From: Candidatus Bathyarchaeota archaeon
GTDB taxonomy: Archaea; Thermoproteota; Bathyarchaeia; Bathyarchaeales; Bathycorpusculaceae
Reading direction: 5' to 3'
Length of the DNA: 61,161 nucleotides
Assembly (NCBI GenBank): GCA_963777155.1
Contig: CAVZPM010000013.1
Coordinates: 1-61,161, forward strand
Shown one piece after another: positions 30,388-41,241 of this stretch; the stretch's first letter is position 1, and every line of letters begins with the position of its first letter. Made by a program: the position numbers and the translations under genes. The notes beneath the pieces were generated by a model that had not been told where the DNA came from, did not search any database, and worked only from the letters and a program-made list of their open reading frames with translations.

Positions 30388-30948
30388 CTAGGTTGTAGCT
30401 AATACCCCTTCTAAAATGCTCCGCTCAGCAACATCGAGTTGCCTGGATAACCACATCTTCAGAATAGAAGAAAACTTCGGAAGCACTCCGCTGTAAGTGA
30501 TTATCTGATTGCCCTTTAGCGCATCAGCTTGAAAGACTTTCTCATCCTCTTTGAAGCTGAAAGACAACGTTTGAGCTTTAGTAGCTAGAACTTGAAAATC
30601 CTCCCATTGCTTGCAACGCAGAATCACGGATGGGGCACCCAAACCTGCTGCAGTCGCAGGCACCACTTCACTTGGCTGTTCTTTGGTGGCTGCTGCAGTT
30701 GGCAATGTATCATTTGAACCACTAGATATGTAACTTACTAAGTTTGCGACTTCTTTTTGAAGCATGTCAATTTTTCCTTCTACTTTCTCAACTTTGGAGT
30801 TTAATTCGCCGGCGTCACCCATTTGTTCTGTGACATTCGCTAGTTCGTTGATGAGCTTGTCTAAGTCTTTCTCATGTTCCTTTAGGACGTTAACTATGAA
30901 GTCTAACGCCTCTAAAGCATCATCTTTTGATTGTGGATTTTTTGCCAA
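30388..30948 (-). CDS. Hypothetical coiled-coil protein
   Basis: Likely start TTG 30948 (MAKNPQSKDDALEALDFIVNVLKEHEKDLD); heptad region then a small alpha/beta domain. Confidence 0.7.
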   Translation of the reverse strand: MAKNPQSKDDALEALDFIVNVLKEHEKDLDKLINELANVTEQMGDAGELNSKVEKVEGKIDMLQKEVANLVSYISSGSNDTLPTAAATKEQPSEVVPATAAGLGAPSVILRCKQWEDFQVLATKAQTLSFSFKEDEKVFQADALKGNQIITYSGVLPKFSSILKMWLSRQLDVAERSILEGVLATT

Positions 30949-31235
30949 GTATCTGTCCCCACTTTGTATGACACCCAAATTGATGCTTACAATAAATAAA
31001 CCTAGCGAATCGTGAGATAATATCATTAAAACAGCATTGATATATTGATTAGGAATACTCAATACTGAGTAACTATTGGCTCGCCAACCATCCAACACCC
31101 ACACAAGCTAAGTCTTCAGTTTCCAACACTAACGATCACAAAAAAGACAGATCCCAACTAACCACAACCCCCAAGTTCAACAATACAAATGGGTTCAAGG
31201 CTGAAGTCTGAGGATTCAAACACCATTGTAAAGGG

Positions 31236-32170
31236 CTAATAAACATCAGTTGCCCAAAGCAATTTTAACTGATCCTTAAAAATACTTCGCGCATCCTCTA
31301 TGAAACCTTGATTTTCCTCTTCAACACCCACTCTATCTATTCTTGCTTTGAGTTCTCCAAAGTTGACCTTAACGTTTGATTTATCAGCCAGACTCAACAA
31401 AGCACTTTCCAACGCAAGATTCTCCTTTTCATCAGCGACCCTGTCGACAAGGTTTGCAAAAATCAAATCATTCAAGGCATAATATGCTAAAATTGCTGTT
31501 TTTACGTTTTGTAGTTCTATGTTTAGGTTCTCATCTGCTTTTAAGGCATCGAAATAGCTATAAATTGTCTTTAGGATTTTGATTGCTTCTTTTGATGTTT
31601 CTTTTGGAGCATGTTTTCTTATGACCGCAAAGAAGTCCCCAAAGTTCACATTCAAAGGTTCCATAGTTTGTCCCTTGAAGGCTCAAATTGGTTTCCAAAC
31701 TATCTATGTATCTTTCCAGATTATCCCAACTAATTTTTCTTCTGCTCAATTCCATCAAAATATTAAACGAAAAGTCAACGATGCCGATTGAAAAGTTGAT
31801 TATTGATTTAAGATCATTTTTTCGCGGATTAGTCTTTTCGTTAATTTCGATATTTTTTCGTTGTCCTTCAAGTAAACTTCGAATTTGGTCACACAACATT
31901 ATGAACGATTCATTTTTTTCTTTGAAGATAAACTCATAAGCAGAACCCTTCCAACTTAGTCTCAAATCGCTACCAGAACATTCAACACTAGTTATCTCAT
32001 AGACAGGTATCTCTTTAATCGAAGCCCATCGCTTCTTTGGAAACCCTTTTGTAACATAAAACTTCAAGAAATCATTGGAAAGCTCGTATTTCTCCACTAC
32101 CAGTCTATTAAGTTTGCTTGGTTGACCCGATTTGTCGTGTTCAGAGTCGGTATTTTTTCGTCTTTCCATT
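31236..32170 (-). CDS. Hypothetical protein (PH-like N-terminus plus helical domain), frameshift near 31670
   Basis: Two ORFs join; C-terminal half aligns with 45357..45990 (ETSKEA..IL..IYSYFD; YY.LNDL). Confidence 0.65.
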
Positions 32171-32309
32171 AATATGGGAAAAGCTAAAGTTGTGATCGCT
32201 GGAGCAAATGTGTATTTGTAGGTTTTGTTTTGGACAACTTTTTTTTCTGCTTTGTTTATCATGCCGCTCTCTTTCTAATCAGCACTTTTGCTTATAAAAC
32301 TGGTGGGTT

Positions 32310-32597
32310 TTAGCAAGTATTCCATACACAACTGATGGCTTTTGCCTCACAAGCCAAAATGCAAGGTGTAAAGTGGCTTTCAGGATTGCAGGAACCGCAG
32401 GTATATTTTATTTTTTTCCGGTGCTCTTCAGATATGGATGCAACGGTTTTGTCTTCAAGGTCGATGAATTCTGTTTCTATCTTAAGTGCTGATTTGGGGC
32501 ATTTTTGGACGCATTTACCGCAGCCACAACATTTGTCGGAGTCGATAACTATGTAGTATTCACCTGAACCGTCACAGTAGCCATAATGCGTAATCAT
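32310..32597 (-). CDS. Ferredoxin, BzdM-like
   Basis: HYGYCDGSGEYYIVIDSDKCCGCGKCVQKCP; IKYTCGSC...PCILAC. Confidence 0.8.
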   Translation of the reverse strand: MITHYGYCDGSGEYYIVIDSDKCCGCGKCVQKCPKSALKIETEFIDLEDKTVASISEEHRKKIKYTCGSCNPESHFTPCILACEAKAISCVWNTC

Positions 32598-32605
32598 AAC
32601 AGTTT

Positions 32606-33508
32606 CTACCCTTTCTGCGCTTTCTCATACAGCGCTTTGGCAAGTGACGCAGCACCCAGTGCACCTGCAACCATTGGATCCAAGCTTCCTTCCTCTCGCC
32701 AGTTGGGCATCGGCAACGTCTTTACTCCAAGAATAGTTTCTATTCTGCTAACAATACCGATGTTTTTGGATTGGCCGCCTGTAATTACTAGTTCTTTTTC
32801 TAAGCCCACTCTGTTTATGAGGTTAGCCATGCGTACAGCCATAGCCCGTGTGTATGCTGCTAGAACCTTTTCTTTAGTCCAACCCTTACGCAGCAGCCCC
32901 ATGGCTTCCGTTTTTGCAAAGGCAACACAGGTGCAGCTCACCGGTTCAGGCTCCTTTTCCACCTTAAGCGAAATTTCGCCAATTTGCTCAATAGGAATCT
33001 GCAGGAGGTCTGCAAAGACTTCCATACCCCTGCCTGTGCCTGCGGCGCATTTATCGTTCATAAGGAAGGATACGACTCTACCTGTTTCGTCGATACGGAT
33101 TGCTTTGATGTCTTGTCCGCCAACGTCAAGGACGGTTCGGACAGTGGATCCCCAGATGTAATTGGCGCCTTTTGCGTGGCAGGCAATTTCGGTTATAGCT
33201 TTATTTGCCATGGGCACGTTGACTCTACCATAGCCTGTGCCGACGATGTATTTTAGATCACTTACTTTGAGTCCTGTGCCTTCCAAGGCATAGTCAAGGG
33301 CTTTTTTTGCGCTCTCCGGGCTGTTAGAGCCTGTACGGGTTATGCCCCAGCTGTAGGCTTCACCGTTTATCATGATGGCTGCTTTGGAACCTACGGATCC
33401 AACGTCGACGCCTGCGGTGATTATATCTTTGTTATTCCATTTTTTGCCAGGCATTATGCGGTGGTATTCTTGCCAACGCCAAAACTCTGTCTCTTTCGGT
33501 TGGCTCAT
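32606..33508 (-). CDS. ATP-dependent [4Fe-4S] activase, benzoyl-CoA reductase BzdQ-like subunit
   Basis: EFWRW N-terminal extension; GVDVGS, GTGYGR, EIACHAKGA, DVGGQD, NDKCAAGTG and CVAFA motifs. Confidence 0.85.
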   Translation of the reverse strand: MSQPKETEFWRWQEYHRIMPGKKWNNKDIITAGVDVGSVGSKAAIMINGEAYSWGITRTGSNSPESAKKALDYALEGTGLKVSDLKYIVGTGYGRVNVPMANKAITEIACHAKGANYIWGSTVRTVLDVGGQDIKAIRIDETGRVVSFLMNDKCAAGTGRGMEVFADLLQIPIEQIGEISLKVEKEPEPVSCTCVAFAKTEAMGLLRKGWTKEKVLAAYTRAMAVRMANLINRVGLEKELVITGGQSKNIGIVSRIETILGVKTLPMPNWREEGSLDPMVAGALGAASLAKALYEKAQKG

Positions 33509-34287
33509 TTTTGCCCCTCTTTAACCCGTGCAGCTACCAACGCAGCACCTAATGCCCCAACGTACTCGGGGTACTCTGGAATAACCACTGTTAAACCCAG
33601 TTTACGATTCAACGATGCAACAAACCCTGGGTCTTTAGCGACACCGCCTACCAACACTACCTCAGGGTTGATGCCTAAGCGGTGAATCATTGAGGAAACT
33701 CGATCTGCCATCGCGTCATAGACTGCACGTGCGATTTCCGGTTTGGATTCTTGACGGTGGATGAGTGAAACCACATCTGATTCGCCGAATATTACACACG
33801 AAGCGTTTATGGGGCTTGCCCGCTCTGCTTTTAGTGCCAGCGGACCCATATCTTCCATATTAACCTCAAGCGCTCTTGCCATAGCTTCAATAAAAGCTCC
33901 TGCACCTGCGGCGCACCGTTCGTTGACGACGAAGTCGACCATAATGCCTTTTTCGTCGCATTTTACGGCTCTTGCTTCTTCGGCTCCAATGTCAATAATT
34001 GTTCGGGCTTTGGGGACAAGGAATACACCTGCTTTAGCATCGGCACTCATCATGCTGACTTTACTGTAAGAGTAGGGTGCCATATCAATTGCTGAGCCTG
34101 TTGCAGCAAAGTGGTTGATGTCTGAAAGTTTTAGGTTCGCTTGTTTTAGGGCTTCTTCTACGGCTTGTTCTGCAGCTTTTGTTGGGTCAAACCCCGAGAA
34201 CGCACAAGCCCTGGCAACTACGCAGCCATCTTTCAAGATTACTACTTGAACTCTTTGGGTACCCAGGTCCATTCCAACTGTTATCAT
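33505..34287 (-). CDS. ATP-dependent [4Fe-4S] activase, BzdP-like subunit
   Basis: GMDLGT, DIGAEEARA, NERCAAGAG and SCVIFGES motifs (ASKHA fold). Confidence 0.85.
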   Translation of the reverse strand: MITVGMDLGTQRVQVVILKDGCVVARACAFSGFDPTKAAEQAVEEALKQANLKLSDINHFAATGSAIDMAPYSYSKVSMMSADAKAGVFLVPKARTIIDIGAEEARAVKCDEKGIMVDFVVNERCAAGAGAFIEAMARALEVNMEDMGPLALKAERASPINASCVIFGESDVVSLIHRQESKPEIARAVYDAMADRVSSMIHRLGINPEVVLVGGVAKDPGFVASLNRKLGLTVVIPEYPEYVGALGAALVAARVKEGQK

Positions 34288-35616
34288 CTAGAAGTCCACT
34301 CTTGCCGTCAACATTTCAAGGAATGCTTCCACACGAGTCTTCATTTGCCCAACATCCTCACGGGTATATTCGGTGTCAAGGTAGTAAACTGGGACATTAA
34401 TTTTGTCAAGCGCCTTTTTGACGCGCGTATATTCCATTGCGTAGAGCATGCAGCCGCGTACTACATAGTAAATTACGCCTTGAATCTTCCAGTCTTTCAC
34501 TTTGTTTAGGAGCCAGTTTATTCGATCTTCGTTACCGTCTTTGCTGGTAAAGCACGGGCACGTGGAAGCCATCAAGTATCGTTCTCCGATTGCGTTTAAC
34601 ATGTCATCCATCGACCACTCGTCGACTCCGACTGGGTCGTTGAGTATTCGTTCACCCGAGCAAAGCTCGTCTGCGACGATGATACCTTGCGGGTTGCTTT
34701 CTTCAACCAACGAGGGAAGTTTCCAGTTGTCAGGCCAAAACATCGGAGTGCCTGTCACCATGACTCTTGGAGTATCAGTCGGGCAAACCCAATCTTTCCT
34801 TTGCGCCCTTGCCTCAAGTTCGTCACATAAGGCTTCGGTTTTTTCGGTCCAACGTTTCTTATCGTCCCACTGGTACGATTGGTTAACCAGCATGGCGTCT
34901 CTGCCCATAATTACCGGGTTGCCCTTGCGTAGTTCCTGGAGGCGCCTGAATGCTTTGGTGGCTCGGTGGCTTGTTTCTATGGCTTCTTTCAGGTTCTTGC
35001 GTGTTATCTTATTGCCGGTGAATTGTTCAATTTGGGTTTTCATCTGTTTTATTTCGTCATTCCAGAAACGTAGCGACTGGGTGGAGTCTTTTATTCTTGG
35101 GACGTTCATTCCCCAGATTGTTTTGTAGTCACTGAGGATTTCGCTGAGTTTAGTCATGCCGTCGCAGGTTAACACGCTGATTAGGGCGTCGCTTTGTTCA
35201 AGAAAAGGGGAGAGCTCAATCATTTTTGCACCTATAGTTGAGCGGACAACTGGGCAAACCTCCACTGGCACTACACGATCGCCCAGTTTAGAGGTGTCAT
35301 ACCAGCCAGAGTTCACCCGTACAGGTATAGCATCTGCAGCTAAAATTAGCTCAGTGGGTGCAAACAGGCACATGTAACCAATAACTTTCTTGCCCTTCTC
35401 TTTTTCAGCCTGAATTTCCTGTTGCCTTTGACCAAACAGGTTTGCGATGTCGTCAAAGTATTTCATGGCAGTTGGTCGATGGGGATCGGCTTTTTTCATG
35501 CGCTCGATGTTGTCAGCCATTATTTTTAGAGAAGCAGCTTTAAAGGTGTTCTTGAGTTCATCAATTTCTTTTCTGGATACTTCAGGCATGTATTTTTTTG
35601 CAACAGTTTCATTCAT
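34288..35616 (-). CDS. 2-hydroxyacyl-CoA dehydratase family protein, double-cubane-cluster reductase (DCCP)-like
   Basis: RPTAMKYFD, KVIGYMC, VCP, TCDG, DELCSG, TCPCF, RGC and GQMKTRVEAFLE motifs. Confidence 0.85.
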   Translation of the reverse strand: MNETVAKKYMPEVSRKEIDELKNTFKAASLKIMADNIERMKKADPHRPTAMKYFDDIANLFGQRQQEIQAEKEKGKKVIGYMCLFAPTELILAADAIPVRVNSGWYDTSKLGDRVVPVEVCPVVRSTIGAKMIELSPFLEQSDALISVLTCDGMTKLSEILSDYKTIWGMNVPRIKDSTQSLRFWNDEIKQMKTQIEQFTGNKITRKNLKEAIETSHRATKAFRRLQELRKGNPVIMGRDAMLVNQSYQWDDKKRWTEKTEALCDELEARAQRKDWVCPTDTPRVMVTGTPMFWPDNWKLPSLVEESNPQGIIVADELCSGERILNDPVGVDEWSMDDMLNAIGERYLMASTCPCFTSKDGNEDRINWLLNKVKDWKIQGVIYYVVRGCMLYAMEYTRVKKALDKINVPVYYLDTEYTREDVGQMKTRVEAFLEMLTARVDF

Positions 35617-35630
35617 TTCTCTCTTTCTTC

Positions 35631-36615
35631 CTATTCACTTTTTGTTTCTTCCAGCCAGTTTCTTGACCTAAACATGGTTTTGTTACCTAACTTAACTTTC
35701 AATGTCCCTTCATATGGGCACATCTCAGCGCATCTTGCACACATCATGCATTGAGATGTTGCTATTTTTCCGCCCTTCTGTTCATACACTTCTGTGACGC
35801 CTGCTGGGCAAACTCGTTTGCAGACGCCGCATTTGGTGCATTTCTCCTCATCTTTGTCTATGTAAAGCAAGGGAACCCACTTAAATCCCTTGAATCTGTT
35901 TAAAACCCCAAATGACGCACCGGTAGGGCAGAAACGGCACCAAACTCGTCGAATAAAGAAGGAACCAACAAGAGTTATGCCGACAAACACAATCGCTACT
36001 ACTTGACCGATGTTTTGCCCTGCCCAAACTAGAATATCTTGAACGTAGGGATAGCTCAAGTTGATGCCGTTGACTATTAACGGAGCGGATGTCCAGGATA
36101 CTATGAGCGGTATTAGTGGTGCAAGTAGTATGCTGTAGGGGCGAAATGGACCAGCGAGAAGCTGTGCCTCGAGAACAGCGAAATCCATGTTTAGTGGAGG
36201 TTCCAAAACCCAGAGCACTATTGGAAGAAATAGGAAGAACAAGAGGATAACATATCGTGATTTGTGCAGAGCTTTGGTTAATCTGTCTGGCATGAGTCGA
36301 TGGCGTATTTTCAGGGCTTTTCTAAGCATGGCTCTCTAAGTCCATGACGAATGCGAATGGACACAGCCAACCGCAGTAGAACCTTCCAAGAACTAGCGTA
36401 ATTGCAAAAATAACAATCAGCACGTAGAGCAGCGGAATTGTGTAGGTGAATATGTAGAATATGGCTGCGAAAGAGACTGCTTGGATAACGAATCGAAGAA
36501 AAGTCACTCGGGTCGACTTGTTCTTTTTCCATAGCATAATGGCGAGTATCCCTGCTATCCCAAGTCCCGCAAGGACTGTTAGCCTCAATACGTCTCCAAC
36601 TATCTGCATCGACAT
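35631..36615 (-). CDS. NapH/MauN-type membrane 4Fe-4S protein, frameshift near 36330
   Basis: GRFYCGWLCPF, RVWCRFCPTGA, CTKCGVCKRVCP and CMMCARCAEMCP. Confidence 0.85.
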
Positions 36616-36625
36616 ATTTTCGCCA

Positions 36626-37328
36626 TCACGTTATTTGAATTATTGAACTCCCAATAGTGAATACTCCGAGCACTATAAGCACAGCGGCGCCTGCCAAAGA
36701 AATCCACTTCCGAAACAGTGGTGCTTTGTTGAGCAGCCAACCAGTAAGTCCGCCTAACAGCAGGATTGGTGAAATGGCGGTTCCTAAACCAAATAATACA
36801 GCTATTCCAACACTGCCAAGAGGGTTAGCAAAAGGCAAAGAATACACCAACAACGCTATCAATGGTGGACACACAATTAATCCTCTGCTTAAACCCAAAG
36901 AGAAAGCACCAAAATCAACTCCGAAACGACCTAGTCTTTGGTGACGCAACTATGTTTTTGGTATCTTGGATTTTGCACTCACAGGGTCTTCTGGATTTGA
37001 GAAAGATACTAACCCCGATAATTATAGTCACTATTCCAAAGGCAATTGAAGAATAAATCTGGAATGGCGAAATTGCTGCCTCGGAAACAAAAAGCCTAAA
37101 CAGACCGCTAAATATTCCAATCAAGCCGCCGATTAGAGCATAAGCAATAACTCTTCCTGAATTAAAAATCAGTGTAACCTTCACGCCCTTGCTAAAGCCA
37201 GCGCCTATACCTGCTATATAACTAGTTACGATTGGAAGGCAGGATGCAGTGCAAACCGCCAATCCATACAACAAACCACCTGCGAATGCTCCAATGTACG
37301 GATTAGAGATTTCAGGTATCAACGACAT
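36626..37328 (-). CDS. DsbD_2/CcdA-like (TauE/SafE clan) membrane protein, frameshift near 36940
   Basis: GLAVCTASCLP, FNSGRVIAY, GLSRGLIVCPP and FGLGTA motifs; about 6 TM helices. Confidence 0.75.
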
Positions 37329-37452
37329 ACAAGAGGTCACATTATTGGTTTATTAGAGCAAATAATAAAGGTGAAACCATTTAAATCTTCCATAATTTTT
37401 GCGCTATGTCATTGTCGGTTTTCTTTCAGCTGCTTAAAAAAGGAAAAAAGGG

Positions 37453-39690
37453 TTATGGCTGGGTGATTAGCTCGGGTGTTGTATTGTTGGATATATTCTA
37501 AGTGCACTGCGTCGTATGGGTAGCTTTCCGAAGTTGGATACGGGAAACCACTCATATTCATGAAAGGCAGTGGGTCAACAGTGAAGTTGAATCCGTAACC
37601 CCAAGCTCCAGGCGGATCTTTAAACCAGCAGGCAACCACAAAGAAGTAGTCGCGCACCATTCCCCGGCTCAGTTGCATTAAGGTTGGCTGTTGAGAACTG
37701 CATGTTAACTTGGTCGCCCTGTCTTCCAATCACGAACATATCGTCAGCGTTTTGAATCATGGAGTTACGTCGCCGTATCGTGTGAATGCGCCTGAAGAGT
37801 TTGATTGTGTGTCCCACATTTGACTCATTACAGCGGAAGTTGGCGTTAGCTTCTGTATTGTTATAGTTCTGGTTGGGTGATGTGTCAATTCCTATGTAAT
37901 CGTAGGTTACATTCCAGAAGTTGGTGAATCTAACTTGGCAATCGTTGACGTCTGCTGGGAACAGCCCTGTTAAGTCCACTGTGAAGGTTCGGGCGTTGTA
38001 GTCTGAGGGCAAGGGTATCTGTCGATCTTGAGGAGCACGTATCCAAGTTCCGTTTGCAGCCTTAATTTCCATGTAGGGCGCAGGCATAATTTGAGTGCCA
38101 TCAGGCAAGATTCCCTGCGCAGCTGCGTTTTTGAACTGGTTTATCCACGTGTAGTATGTGTCAGCTAGGCCCCAATCGACCATTCCGGTTATTACAAGTT
38201 TTATTGCTGGTGAAGATGTTAAATTGCCTAAATCCAGTGTTAACTTGTTTAGGGATATGTTATCCCATCTTTGGCTTTCGGTTCCGCTAATACCTGGCGT
38301 GTAGACTCCGTCTTTCTGTTGAAATTTGGGAGAGAACATTTTGCCCTTGTTCGTTTGTGGCACTGATAGGTGATAAGAAGTGAACCATTTGTGGTTGTGT
38401 AAATTTGTCCTGTTGATCCATTGTTTAGGTAGTTAGTCATGGATGTGTAAGCGTCGGTTCCAGCTGGGTGATCAACGACAAGCAAGTAGGCTGAGTCGAG
38501 GTAGTAGAGTTCATCCCATTGTTGGGCAAGCGTCATGTCAAAGTTGCCGTTGTTTGTTGCGACTAAAGTGCTGTCCAATTTGACGTAGTCCCAGGGGTTT
38601 CCGCCTCCGAACACGACTTGGCCATTAGAGTTTATGTGGCTGATGTAACCAAGCCATCCGGGGTTTGACACGTCAGTCACATAAGAGTATCCTGTGCCAT
38701 TCCAAACGTAAAGCGAGGGACAGGATGCGTACCCGCTGATTAATGTGTAAGTTGCAACCAATATCATGCGGCTGCTTAAAGTGAAAGTTCTCGACGGATT
38801 TCTGTTGCCGTCGCTCCAGTACGAAAATTCTAGACACACCTGTTCCAACATTAAACGGGTTAGGTACTGTAATGCTGTACTCACCCACAGGCAATACCGC
38901 CTGGTAAGCAGTCTGATAGTCTACTCCGTTTAAGCGTGAAAGGTAAAGCTTTGGAGCCGCCGCCTGAACGGTTAATGATAAGCGTATGATAACCTGTCTG
39001 AACGACCATAAACGAACCCGACAACGTGTTTAATTTAGCTACATGTTTTCCTTCTTTAACGTCAGATGCATTTACTGTGATCTGTACTTTTTGGCTTGCT
39101 CCTGCATCCAAAGATATTACCTGAGTGCCAACAATAACGTCGTCAATCATTGCTTTCACAGTTAAATTTTCTGTTTCAGTCGAAGGGTTAGTGGCAGTGG
39201 CAGTTAAAGTTATGTTGTCATTAGCCCAAATTTCATAGGGGTTGCTTATAAAGTTAGATAAAACGATTTTGCTTGATTCTGGTGGAGCAGGCTTTATGAG
39301 AAATGCTCCTGCTAAATCGCCAATTTTAACACTGTAGTTTCCTGGTGTCATTTCTATGTCGGTAAACTCTATAATTTGAGAAGAGTAATTGCCAGCAAGT
39401 GTCACATTCATTGTATCTTTAAGGATACTATTGATTTCTAAGGACACTGTTTGGTTGCCTTCCACATCCCCGATGTTTGTCAAATTAGCTGAGATTTGAA
39501 CTGATTCGCCCACGAAGGCTTCAAGGGGATTAATTGATAGGTCAGAGAGAGTAAATGTAGCAGGTTTGGCACCGGTAGCAATTAGTCCTTGACCCTGAAA
39601 ATAAAAGTAGACCCCTGCAGCCGCACCTACAATAATTAAATCGATTATTAGAATTGCTTTAAGTTTAACTACTGCTGAACGAGAGAGCAT
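37453..39690 (-). CDS. Large membrane-anchored protein with two CARDB-like Ig domains and an SCPxLYVWNG-type C-terminal domain; several frameshifts
   Basis: Consecutive ORF pieces 38881..39780, 38673..38894, 38249..38884, 37620..38363 and 37409..37729 form one reading (SCPSLYVWNG, DELYYLDSAYL, CWFKD, DPLPF..MSGFPY, YNTR). Confidence 0.7.
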
Positions 39691-39951
39691 TTTACCTTGC
39701 TTCCTTATTTGTGCAACATATAGAACATGGTTAAGCATTAAAAGTTTATGTGAAAACGATTTTGATGGAGAGATAGTCAATCGGAGCTGTTTGATAAGAT
39801 AATTTTGCCTGCAACCTTGAAAACGGATAAATCAACTCTGTTTGTGGCAAGCAAGCGTTAGTTGTTGTTGTATGAATACAATCACATAGTTAAATATAAC
39901 AAAATTTGCTTAACTTGAAACAAGCAAGCATGCATTTTTGGAGAAATTTTA

Positions 39952-40706
39952 ATGGTTAAATCTAAGAAAATATTTGCTTTGACTCTGATAGTATCTCTAT
40001 TAGTTGTCGCAGCATTTGCAGGCACAATAAGTGCACAAAGCCAAGCTACAGTCAACATTTTAGATTCAATAGGTGGAACAACTGACCCAGCCGCCGGAAC
40101 CCACACGTATAATGACGGAACTTCTAGTAACATTCACTGCAACCCCTGACGTAGGTACATCGGTTTTCATAAATTGGATAATTTCAACTGATGCAGGATC
40201 CAGTACCGTTGCTGAAAACCCAGTCACACATTCCAGTTGTTGGAGGAACAACATACGATATTCAAGCAGTTTTCTCACCGTTACTACCGCCACCAGGAGT
40301 TAGAAGCATACCAACTAACTTGGCAACAGCAGCCATTGTCGTTGTCTTGGCTGGCGCAGGAGGAACAACAACACCTGCACCAGGGACCTATGCGTTAGCT
40401 GATGCAACAGCTCTTGAACTAAAGGCAACCCCAAGCAGCGGCTGGCAATTCTCACACTGGGTCATTGCCGGACCAAACCTAAGCCATGGCGGATACCCAT
40501 ATACTGCAACCCCAACAGACAACCCATACAACGTCAACCACGGCTACGGAAACACCTTCAGCTACCAACCAGTATTCACCCCCGTAGGCAGCACAGAACC
40601 AACACCAACAGTACCAGAGTTTTCAAGCATCGCAACAATCATCGTGGCAATAGCCTTAGTAGCAATCGCATTTGGAACATACACATTCCGACGCAAAACC
40701 AAATAA
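39952..40706 (+). CDS. Secreted surface protein with InlB-B/Flg_new-like beta repeats and PEF-CTERM sorting signal; two frameshifts
   Basis: Signal peptide; GGTTDPAAG and GGTTTPAPG repeats; ATPSSGWQFSHW; VPEF + TM + RRKTK tail. Confidence 0.75.
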
Positions 40707-40710
40707 AAAA

Positions 40711-40741
40711 TTCCCCTTTTTATTTTTTTTTAATTATTTTT
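40711..40741 (+). terminator. Oligo-T terminator
   Basis: ttccccttttttatttttttttaatt directly after the stop. Confidence 0.45.
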
Positions 40742-41241
40742 GTACTAATCAACGCTTTAACAAGAATATTTTCTTCAACAATCCAAGCGATCAATAGAGT
40801 TATGAATTTTGAAGCCATTCAACTCAGATACTACGGTAATATGTACATTATAAACTCCTATAGGCAAAAAATTGTCCAATATGTCTCGTTGAGTAAAACT
40901 TGAAAAACAAATAAGGGTTATACTAAATGATATAAAAGCATGGAAAATGACAAAAGGATTTTTGTATTTTTAGGAGTTTTTTCTTTATACTTTTTTGGAG
41001 CATTATTTGATTAATTTGATTTTGTGTTATGAGTCATTATCGCCTGTCTGCTGATCAAAACCATTATTCCATAGCAGACTACGAGGCTTTGATGTTGTTG
41101 ATGAATTCATTGATCGTAGTGGTGTTGTTGTTTCCCCATTGTGTATATTCTGTTATACCATTTGATTAGAAAAAATTTTTATCTGAGCAAATCCCTATCT
41201 TCTCCTTCTATAGTTGATAATGAGCAAAGAGATGATTCACT

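Noticed and set aside
32310-35616. Complete benzoyl-CoA reductase (bzdNOPQ)
   Set aside because: Only one HAD-family subunit is present and it looks DCCP-like; no other benzoate pathway genes in the window
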